From assembly GCF_000150275.1 (NCBI RefSeq), contig NW_002060944.1, forward strand, positions 3,724,123 through 3,788,122: a DNA stretch of 64,000 nt, written 5' to 3'. A model generated the notes under the pieces. It saw only the letters and a list, made by a program, of their open reading frames with translations. It had not been told where the DNA came from and ran no database searches. Source of the stretch: Trichoplax adhaerens (lineage: Eukaryota > Animalia > Placozoa). Numbering within the stretch: the stretch's first letter is position 1; every line of letters starts with the position of its first letter. Both the position numbers and the translations under genes were made by a program. This document shows positions 34,901 through 45,790 of this stretch, piece after piece.

Positions 34901-36974
34901 CTACAATAACGAGCAGAAAAGCTAAAGTTTATATATAAACCGAATATCCTGTGATTTTATCTAGTGCAGTTTCGACGAATATTGTAATATAGGAGTATAT
35001 TCGAATGCAATTACGATATAATGTTTATTCTATATATATACACTATAGCATCTTATGGCTAATACCGGAAAATAAATAATATCGGAACTATCTAAATTGA
35101 TACGGTATTAATTACCAATTCAGATAGTTCCGATATATTTAATCAAAAGTTTAAATTATAGTGCTGTAAAATAAATGGGAACTATCAATTAGAAATAGAT
35201 AAATTACTAAAGTATACAGATATGAAAATATAAGAGAATTTATATTAATAAGTGAGTGTACAAATTGACTAACTTTCTTTCCTGATATTCTTTCTTCAGT
35301 AAGGATGCAAAAAATGCAAACTGACCAAATGTTAAACTATTAAGATCGGTATTCTGGCAACATTCATGAGCAGACAATAACATCTCTTCAACTACGCAAT
35401 TTAATGAACAAAGTCCGTTAGTAAGAAATTAAAAGTAATTCTAAGATTACTATTTAACGGTAAAATTTTGTTCTAAAGCAATATCACTGACTATAATTTC
35501 TGCATCATAACATTGTAGGTTAAAGTAAGGGGAGTACATAAAATTTGCTACATCATTTATGTTTCCATTATTAAATGCTACCGCATTCTCGTCACATTGT
35601 ACAAAGCAATCAATTATAGTTTCATTTTTTTAGTAATGGTAGAATATCGATGTAACTTGAAGTCATTTAGTGTGGAATCTTCATAATACCAAAGAAACAG
35701 TAGGTAAAACTGTCGTATCGTAAGATTTTTTGTAACCGATATTTGTGCTTTGCGGTAGAAAAAACATGAGTTATCTTTAGGTAGTTATTATGAATTCATA
35801 ATTTAAAAATTAGAGTATTTCATAGCGTTGATAGCTACACTATTCCAGGAATTTCATGAAAGGCGATTATACTACTGTAATTTTGATATCTGAGCGCGTT
35901 TAGATCATCTTTCTCGAGAATTTGCTTTCGATTTGAAACAATTACACGAATAGTTATCAATCTGGTTGCAGAGTATGCAGCTGTTCAAGCTACATTGATA
36001 CACGCGTACAGTATGATTATAATATTACTGCCTGCCATAGCGATGGTAAAATGAGTCAACGCCAACATATGCCATATTTGATGTAATTTAATTGCAGTAT
36101 TGACTAGCAAAAAATAAGTTATCGCGAACAATATCAATTCATGCACATTGAAAAAGGTAAAACTGCACCTTGAGCTGTAGAAGGATATAACTGGATAGAA
36201 TTGAAGGCTTTTTTAATGTCATCTCTATAAATTTGTTGACTTGCATGGCTGAAATCGTCAAAGAGTATTAACAAATCCCTATGAATTGTAAGAAAAAATG
36301 ATTAATCTGTAGCAAAATATTCAATATCCTCAGGTTGTATGCATCGAAGATGACAGTAAATTGAACAATTCTCTTGGCTATTGTACTGTAGATCCATTTT
36401 AAAATAGCGATTTCAATTTATCGTAGTATAAGCAGAGACAAAATGAGTCAATCGATTAGGAAAGTATTGAGCTATCACTAAAGTAGCTGGAGATAGGAAT
36501 GACTGGTTATTCAAGACTACTGGATATTAAGCAATGTATTGTCCAGTGGTAATTTAAGGCTCTTTTTTTGCCGTTGCAATATTGTTTTACCGCCATAAAT
36601 AAATTTACCATAGCGTGTTTTAACGCTATCCATTGGGTTAAAATGAACTGCTGTATTACCGGTGATCAATTTGATCGTACAGCGCCTATACCGTATACGA
36701 CAATAAAGTCATTGGATTTAAAATGATACACTAATTGAGCAAGATATTCAATGTAACCCATAGTTGTTGTTTACAAGATATCCATCTTACGACACGGTGT
36801 CGTCAGTAATCAAGGATAATAACACAAGAATGCAGCATGAATTGCATCATCAATATTCCGTTCAAGATGACTATACCTAGTGACGCTACCAAAAACTAAT
36901 AGATCACCATGCTCATTTCTGTTGGTGAGCACAGTCTCGACCTCTTCTGTATCTTGATGGAGTAGGTTATCCAT
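31985..36974 (-). CDS. raw: Raw/OLRN-1-like protein: two degenerate EF-hand pairs alternating with two nucleoside 2-deoxyribosyltransferase-like (Raw-repeat) domains (18 exons, ~569 aa)
   Basis: Exons 36974-36877, 36278-36169, 35391-35274, 34900-34839, 34721-34704, 34584-34493, 34368-34315, 34166-34088, 33981-33900, 33827-33719, 33575-33481, 33358-33295, 33226-33080, 32980-32914, 32814-32685, 32586-32442, 32352-32269 and 32140-31985 are phase-consistent and total 1710 nt. Repeat 1: VFLGGACNPTTWRKEIAIPIL...YFNPQV..W...TRGLSSMVEAAY...DLNRGRKFL. Repeat 2: IFLGGSCGRSTWREDVAIPLL...YFNPQLPDW...SRCVASMVEIAY...DYNRARSYL. The supplied ORF track misses this gene. Confidence 0.88.
35073..35141. other. 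~70-nt fold-back hairpin in raw intron 3
   Basis: ATATCGGAACTATCT (35079-35093) is the exact reverse complement of AGATAGTTCCGATAT (35122-35136). Pairing extends outward (TAAAT/ATTTA) and inward (AATT, GGTA/TACC). Confidence 0.85.
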
Positions 36975-37089
36975 TGGATAATGATCAATTTTATCATCAG
37001 CAGGACAAGCAATCGATGAAACTATTTGTGTATTTAGCGATCAATTTTTTGCTTGTTTCCTTGGTAAAGCAAAATTGTTTGAGCCTGCT

Positions 37090-38230
37090 GTTCTGTACAG
37101 TACTGTACTTGTACGTTTGATAGTTCAATATAGCGATGTTGCAATGTACTGTACAGTACAGTACATGTACTGTACGTATGGACACTGTAGCTAAACATTG
37201 GCGATTCTTCGGATGGACGGACTTTTCTTGACCCAGACGAGGCCGAAAATGTGGCACCGTAGAGTAGTGTTTTTCTTAATTACTTCTATTGTACTAATTC
37301 AAAAACACTGGAGACATTTATAGAACTGTTTTCGAGGCAGTACTTTTTGGGTAAAGTAAACGTTGAAGTTGATAGGATTCAAGTATAAAGGATTTCGAGA
37401 AATCATTCCATTCAGAATCGAATATTATCATACTGACGCAATAATCAGTACAAGTGTTTGGAACAGTGCAGTACTGCTTCTGCAAGGCCTACAGTAAATG
37501 CGAATCGCCCGTTGGACGGAGTTTCCAGTACCGTTTAGTTAATTATTAACAAATAAATGGTAATATTTCCTATTTTATTACAGTACTGTACACTGTACAC
37601 TAGTGTAAAGTACTGTACAGTACAGTATGTCACATGACGATGTACTGGATGTATCCGTCCGTCACAATTGGCTAAAATTCTACCGCTACCTTTGACATCA
37701 TCCATTACTTCCTTGTTTTTAAATAAGAAATGTTCCCTCTTTGACATTTGAAAGGCTATAAAAAGTGCTATTCTCATAATATAAGTTAGTTAGCGATGTC
37801 GTGCTACTCTGTGATTCTCTGTGTTTCTTCTGATAGCATTTCCAATCATTCTCCTTTCTCTTTATAAATTAAATCAACTTTCTTTCTCTGTATTATTTGT
37901 GTGTGTAAAGGCTGACGTATTGGACACAAAACATTCCACTGTATTGTACAGTACGTCAATCAGCAGAGCAAGACATGCAATGGGCAAGCGCAGTAAATGA
38001 CTTGCTCGGTTTTCACTACACTGTAGAGTACAGTACTTTACACTGTGTAAGTGTGCATGGACTTGGAGAAACGCAGTCCTGTACTGTACAGTCCAACCCC
38101 AAATCTTGTACTGTACCAGTGTAACGCCATACAGTATAGTACACACATATGCCAGTTACACCAACATGCCACACACTCATTGTACACTCAATGTACAGTA
38201 GACACTGGCAGTGTATTGTACTATCAGAAG
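37090..38230. promoter_or_regulatory. Divergent promoter region (raw / roquin) with TACAG/TACTG motif islands
   Basis: Clusters at ~37090-37190 (e.g. GTACTGTACAGTACAGTACATGTACTGTAC), 37575-37650 and 37935-38225, between the two head-to-head ATGs (36974 on -, 38709 on +). Confidence 0.65.
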
Positions 38231-38708
38231 AGAGTGCTGGCTCAGCCCTAGTCAGGCTACAAGCAAGAAACAAACAACGTTATAAAAGTTTGCTGCCGCG
38301 ATTTGGAGCAATATTCTACCGTAGAAGGGAAGCATAGTGGCATTTGGCCGTGTTATTCTAGTCCTGTGTCCAAATCAGTTGTTAATACAGTATACGCAAG
38401 TTGTAGTAGTCTGCGGTAGACAAGTACCATTGACGTACAATTTTGGGACAAATTGTTTTTCCAGCGGGGGGAATCCTATTTGGCTGATCTTTCCTAATGT
38501 CATCGATCGACTTTGGAAGTTACGAGTAACCGCAAAGGAAACACAAGTTGTATTCAAATTCTTCTTGGTCTTAGGCGGTGATCTTGATCCAGACTGCTGA
38601 TCAAAACTTGTTCTCCTATTTTACTTGGATCTGGAATTCAAATCGTGCTCATTTTTGGGGAGCAGTCCGCCTCCTTCGTCATACTTGACCAAATTACCAA
38701 CGAGAAAC

Positions 38709-41700
38709 ATGGAAGAAAAAGGAAGTAAAGGAACCACTCATACCTTGATCAGAAATTTTCTTATTCGTTGTAGTTTTTGCCGTAAAAAATTTGGCGACTG
38801 GAACAGTTCGGCACCGTACACGTTTGGCTGTGGGCATACAATTTGTTCCAACTGTTTGGCTTCAGTCGAAGATGACTGCTGTCCTGTTGACAATTATAAG
38901 TCGGCGATATCGGTCAGAACGCTGCCTCCCAACACATGTATATTATACTTGATTGAAGTGGCTGTACCGGCTAACGCATACGAAACGATGATTTCAAATC
39001 ATGGCATTGAATATTATCAATCCATGATTTTGATGGAAAAATTAGTTTGTGTGTTGAATCCCAATGCTTTCAAGAAAATTAATAACCAAGTCAAACCGAT
39101 CAACTTGGCGAAATCTTTAGAGCGTAAATTAATTTCTTTGGCAAGTTGTCAGCTACTTGAAGAATTGGGCAGGAAAGATATTATCAAGTATATTCGAAAA
39201 CTAGGCGAAAGAATTTTATTAGAACTCATTTTACTAATGAAGAGTAGACAACAACAAGTCAATGAGTTATTTGCTGCTTTGCGTTCTCTCAAGTGTCAAC
39301 TTTTTGGACCCAAATTGCAAGAAATGATTATGCGTTTATTATACAATATCATGAATGAAGGGGAAAGAATATCCAGAAAAACTTTGACCGCCTACCTCAT
39401 CCATCAGTTAGATGGACGTTTTAAAGAAGAATCGAAAAATATTTCCAATACATCCATTGGTCGTGCTATTCAGTTACTTGTGCGTGGCAGTTGCTTTGAG
39501 GTAAGTTTTCCAACTAGAAATTCATCTTGAAGGAGAAGAGCACCTCCATGACATTTTTCTGTCGGACATGGAATATGTTATTCTGTACAATATCAGTAAA
39601 CAACTTCCAACGTCATAGTGTCGCTAGCAAATGTTGATATGTACTATACACTACACTATCCAAATCACCATGATGTTTTGTACACAATATCATTGGTATG
39701 GGTCACGTTCATCATCGTCTTGGTGTGCCCCTTTTCACAGCAGTACTGTACTGCATGTATAGAAAAAGTCATTTGTACTGCTCTCTAGCACGGTTCCGGG
39801 TACATTACCCGTACTGTAGACACTACGAATGGACGTGCACCGGTGCGTAGTGTGACCGGCATCTCGTGCTTTTTTTTGGGGGGGGGGGGGAAGGAATAGA
39901 TGAAATCGAGGTTTTCTCCTACTAAATCCAACGATTCAAACCGATATGTGTCTTGCTACTTTTACCGTTATGACATCGATAAAGCCTATGTAACATGTTT
40001 TGGTGAAATGATTATAGTTAACACTGCTAACTTTTCATAGTTAATGGATGAATCGAGGTTTTCTCCTACGAAATCCAACGATTCAAATCGATATGTGTCT
40101 TGCTACTTTTACCGTTATGACATCGATAAAGCCTATGTAACATGTTTTGGTGAAATGATTATAGTTAACACTGCTAACTTTTCATAGTTCATGGAATTTT
40201 TTCAACTTCGATATCTTTATTGATCAATTTTTATTTATATTTGTATTTTTAGGTCATTCCTAGAGACAAAGGAGGATCGCTATTAAAGTTAAAAGACGAG
40301 GTAAATACAGTGCCGTGCTAATTCCTTTTTTGGTAGTAGTATGACTAGAGTACAGTAGTTGATAGGTGTACGGTTTACTAGTGATCTGCCTGGATGGAAT
40401 AGTTTCGAATTTCTTACCCATGTTGTCTAGTGGATGATTCTAAAGGAGTAGATGGATCGCTAGTCGAGATTGGAAGAAAAAAATTTTTCAGAACAACAGT
40501 ACAGTACTTAGTACTGACGATAGCCAGGCGTTACAGTAATTCTGTATACTGTACAATACTGTCACTACTGTACCCTACAGTATATATCTACACTACAGTA
40601 CGGTACAGCAGAATGCCGTACGTTGAAACTATTCATTATTATTTTTTTTTATTTTTATTTTTGAATGCTCTTTAACTGTTCAACATCAGTACGACATCAA
40701 CAACATGATACGCAATCATTCTAATTTAGATTACAGCACTGTAGTTTGAGGATATTGGCTGATACTTTGTCGCTCCAGAATAGGCCACAATTGACTCAAT
40801 TCATTCTTTAATATTTATTTGAATTAAATCGTAAGTTATACGCTTGGAAATAAAATAGAGCAGACTGTAAGAAAATACTCTATGGAAGGGGGATTTGAAT
40901 TAGAATTTTTACTGTTTTGTTGACAACAGTACAGTAAAATGCATTCAGTACTTTGCGATAAAGATACAGTAAGCACGGATTTTGTTACGACTGTTCTTAT
41001 AAGAAGTTCAGTTTGCAAAAATAAATAATTTATTTTTAGATTTTTTGTTTTGTTACTGTTTTATAACATGACTTAGCTATACTGTACACAGTGTACAGTG
41101 CAATACACTACGTACTGTAGTATTGGACTACTTGACTATTTAATTCCAAAAAAGTCGAATATACCAATTGCTCAACTTTAGCTCTTAACAGAGTGGACAG
41201 AGATCTCATTTTATACGCGTATAAATCAATTTATTACAGTGAAATGAGACATTCATTTTGGAATTCAAAGTGATGTCTTTTCGCTTGGTTTCGGACTTTC
41301 ACTTCCGTACTTTTCAACCGAGCATACCAAGTACTCGGGGGCACTTGTGCACTTTTTGGTTTACTGTACTCGGTACCTGTATCAGTAGCCCACTGTACTG
41401 TACATTGTACAGTACAAATTAGTACCAGTATACTGACTACAAACCATAAATGACTGGAATCGCAGTTTTTAACTAGTCTTCAACCCTTGACGGCCTGATC
41501 ACAGTCTACGGTACTCTACTAGACCTGGAGATAAAGTTTATTAAAGCTCTGAATTCGTTAGACAAAATAGTACGTAGGCCGACGGTAATCATTACAGTAC
41601 TGGCAGAGACTCTTTTTCAATTGCCCTGCAGGGTAATCGTAGACTATTATAGTAATAACAGTTTGGTGCTGCCGCAATCGATCAATTCGGTCATTTTTAT

Positions 41701-43010
41701 TTTTTTCCATACGTTAAAAAATACATTTTAGTAATCTAAATATTTATGCTTAATTTTAGATTCGAAACTATGAGCAGTTTCGACAAAAGCTAGATGCTGC
41801 CGTCATTAAAGTGGCTTTTGAATACGATGTGCACCTGAAAGTGGAGAAATGGTCATTAATTCTTTATGGATCAACGGATAAAAGCCAATATTTGAATTCC
41901 ATGATAGACAAGGTAACGTTTCGATCAAGTTTTATAAAATTGAATGCATTGTTGAAATCTATAAAAAGTGGTAATAACATTATACTTACAATTAGTAAAC
42001 TTTTAATTTATATTGAGAACATGAACTTTGATGATTGCTTTAGTTGCGACCAGCTTGCCTGTTAAATAGCCGGCTTAAGCATATTTCCTGCACCCTGAAT
42101 GAGGAAGTCGGTAAACCGTTTCAAGCTTTAAGAAAATTAATACCACAATTTAGCAGAATAGAAATGCTAAATCCCGGTATGCAATCTACGATATTGATAC
42201 ATAAAGTAAAGTAAACTACAGCATGTCGATATCGCACTACAACAACATTCATACTGTACTGTATGATATTGTCACGATCAGTCATACGAACAAATATAAC
42301 AAATGAGTATTTTTCCTAATTTTAATGGGTTATTGTATTTTCTTCTCTATGCAGATGACGAATATGACCTAGCAAAGGTCAAAGAGATGTTAGAAGTTGC
42401 CGTAGAGATACTATATGCGCTTCTAGAATACTCTGAGGTGAGTTAAATTCTACTTATTTAATAGCCATGGCTCATCGTGCATGATTTACTGTATACAGTA
42501 GTAGGGTAAATTTTTATTCTGCTTTACAATTGGAATATGTGAAGCAGGTGTAGATATACCGTATACATAACGGCTTATGCAACGTGGTACTATTAAGCTC
42601 TACAACATGACAGAATAATGGCTTTATTTATTATAAACTTTATTATCAATGTAATTATATTCTTACTATTTTCCCCATATAAAGCATTTCGGCAAAGCTA
42701 AAGATCAACGGCAAGAAAATGCTCCCACTGAGTAAGATATGCTGTATTCCCGTACAATGCATAAAAGTCTAACTTTTTAGTAATTTTTATTTTAACCTTA
42801 CTTTGTAGTGTTGTTGTAAATCCACCGGATATTATCACTTTGAAACTGGATGATCCAATATCTTTTAACACACTCGACAATGCTGCTGATTTGTCGAGTG
42901 ATGAAAGCGTAGATGGTACTGATGACCTAATCATCTCTCCTGTTCCGTCTACACCTCTTAAAGATGGAATTAATCGTGCTGTAGGATCAGCTGTGGCTAT
43001 TAGTCCATAA
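38709..43010 (+). CDS. RC3H: Roquin-family RING/ROQ protein, short form without CCCH zinc finger (7 exons, ~485 aa)
   Basis: Exons 38709-39500, 40253-40300, 41760-41912, 42044-42176, 42355-42437, 42685-42731 and 42809-43010 are phase-consistent and total 1458 nt. The Roquin-type RING is CSFC...GCGHTICSNC...CPVD, with Asp as last ligand. The ROQ core is CQLFGP...ISRKTL...TSIGRAIQLLVRGSCFEV...SLLKLK...WSLILYG...NSMIDKL. Confidence 0.9.
39899..40195. repeat. Near-identical tandem duplication of ~147 bp in roquin intron 1
   Basis: AATCGAGGTTTTCTCCTAC...CTGCTAACTTTTCATAGTT occurs twice back-to-back with only a few mismatches/indels, just after a poly-T/poly-G run at ~39869-39890. Confidence 0.95.
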
Positions 43011-44849
43011 GTTAATTAATGCGATGTATTAATGAAGTCTACTATACAAGTATCAGCCGGTAAAGTATCGTTACTGGGTATTGTGGTTAAAGTAACTGAA
43101 AAAGAAATTCATATTAAGAAGTGAAGCATTACTTATATACCATTGCTGGTATTGTAATACCGCATTAATCATACATGTCTACAGATATCGATATTTACCA
43201 ATCCCGGTATAAAGCGTCAGTCAGATTGATTAATGACACATTGTAAAGTTCTTCATTTGACCAGTTTTGGATATGGTAACAGGTATTATAGCGTATAACT
43301 TTAATATGCTAATAAAGTGGCAAGTTTATGTTAATTATTTAGGAATACTGTAATGATAACTACCACTTTATAAGCCATTACTGTACAGCCAGGCAATTTT
43401 AAAAGCTGTTTAACTCGATATGCTAATATTATATACTAAATTCTGATTATCGTCAATAGACACGAAAATTCGTATTGTAGACTACAGTGACTGTAGTTAT
43501 TAATTAATCTCATTAGCACAATGTTTACATTCTATAGATTTGTAAACATTGGTAACTGCATTCAGAACTAATTTACCTTGCAACCTATATGTTAATGATT
43601 ACATAGTTAGCATCAACTGGCATAGAAAATGGGCCACCTTTTACGACTGTTCAATTGTAAATTTACCTAATGTTGCATTTGAAATTTTTGCGATTTAGAA
43701 TAATTATAATCTTGATATATTTACAATTTTGACCCGGTATCACTTGACTTTACGTCGTTTTAAGCCATGTAAAACGCGCATGGATAAGGATGTCGAGTCA
43801 GTTTATGCTAATCCAAATGCGGTAGCAATATATTTAAAACGTGAAATTAGTTCATATTACTACTCTAGTCAGTACGGTATGGTACTGTACAACAAATACG
43901 TGGGCATTATAGCATTTTTCGTTGATAAGAACTATAAGTAAATACAGTATCTCATACTGTCTTACTCTAATAAGAGATTATTCACTGATTGGAACGGTAC
44001 AGTGCTGCAATTAAAAAATTCAATACTGTGTTATTTATCTATAACATTAGTAGTTCGTATCTAAGAACGTTGCGTGGTACTGTAGCTTATTTATTATCTT
44101 GTATAATGTATATTCATTCCGTATGTATTATACTTTGAAGGTATTGATATGCTTAAATGTTAAGATTGTTCACTACTAATAAAGGAAAACATACGTATAT
44201 CGAATTGCATAGGTCGACGCCATCTTTGTGGTTGTAATAAGTTATAAAGATGAATTTTGTTGTCCTGAAAAGTTAGCAGTGAAATTGATACCGAATTTCA
44301 CGTATCGCACATCAGAAATCGCGATTATTGATACATGCCTTTTGTACAAAGTCATATTAACACACCTAAGCCAGAGATAAATTACAAAGTGTACGCAATG
44401 TTTGAAGTACACACTGACTACGTGCATAGACATGATTTGACGAATTATATCTTGCATTCGTATGTTATCTTTTGATGCTGAGACGTCAATTGTACGGGCA
44501 ATTTCGGTTATAACCTATAGAAAGAAAAATTCTGTAATTTACACTACATCTTTATTTTAAAGACTGTTTTCTTCGCAGTTGTATTATGCAGCACAATATA
44601 AGTCTAGCGTACGAGTATTACACAGACGTTGACATGCGTCTTGCTTTAAAATCGCATCTACGGTTGAATATTGACCAGAAACCATATACGCATGCTAAAT
44701 TGGTTGTACTACTATTTGCGCCTAATATAAAGATTTATGGTTACAACAGCTACGAATTTCATTTATAATAATGGTCTCGCAATTAAACAGTCAAATTACA
44801 TACCAATTGATAATCAACATTCTTTATCATCCTACAATGATTGAATCAT

Positions 44850-45025
44850 TGTACTTAAACACAGCAGTGTGCCGGATTCCGGGAATTTAGAGTTCGTATA
44901 ATAAATAAGAATTTTTCCTCTATCTAAAATATGATCAAATCGTATTATACTTAAACACAGCTAGTGCCGGATTCCGGGAATTTAAAAGTCTGCGTAAAAA
45001 TAAATAAGATTTCTCCTATACTGCA
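44850..45025. repeat. Two-copy ~95-bp direct repeat carrying TTCCGGGAA
   Basis: TACTTAAACACAGC..GTGCCGGATTCCGGGAATTTA...AATAAATAAGA at ~44852 and ~44948. Confidence 0.85.
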
Positions 45026-45790
45026 CCCAAAAACGTGAGCAATACCTTTATTGATCAAAATTCGCAAAATAAGAAATTGTACGGCTTCATCGTAAGAGAA
45101 TTAAGTTCTGCCCACATGGTAACACATCCTATTGAAAATCTATCCTATAACGTTAATTATGACGACCAAGACGATTATTTTGAAGTAGTCGTATCTTTCC
45201 TCCTTCGCCTGTTAGGAATTTAAAGTACTAAATTTAAACTATCATGCTGGCTTAACTATTCAGCGGAACAGGTAGTTTTCTAGTAGTAGTTTGTGATTAC
45301 TTGAAGACATCACACAGGCAATAAAAGAGTTTAAAATAAAAGGGTTACAAACGTATGAATCTTCAATCCTAGTTTTATCACACTGTACTGTATATTTACG
45401 ACTTAATGTAACGCGAACTTAAAAAAATTTGTTGCCTAATAAAGATATACGTACGATATGATCAATAAAAATTTTTATTACACGTGAAGAACAATAACGA
45501 AGCTTCTTTTTAGTCGAAGTTTCCTTGAATATGACAATTCGGCTGGTAAACAAATAAAATAAAGCATAGAATGATATACTTTTATTCGACGATAAAGTAA
45601 CGGTATAACTTTGTGAAACGAGTTTCTAGTAATAATACGATAATACATTAGAAGCTAGTTACTGCGGTACTTGTAAGATTTTAAATAATGCGATCAATTT
45701 CAGTACCGCAACGGTATTCTATCTGAGGTTTTTATTTAGCGCTTGTTATTTTTTAGTAAGATTAACTAACACATTTTCCGTATACAGTAA

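Noticed and set aside
38625-38708. ORF-track N-terminal extension of roquin from a TTG start (likewise the TTG/GTG starts given for LMO at 3578 and others)
   Set aside because: These are non-ATG starts from a prokaryote-style ORF caller. The first in-frame ATGs (38709, 3563) fit the family N-termini.
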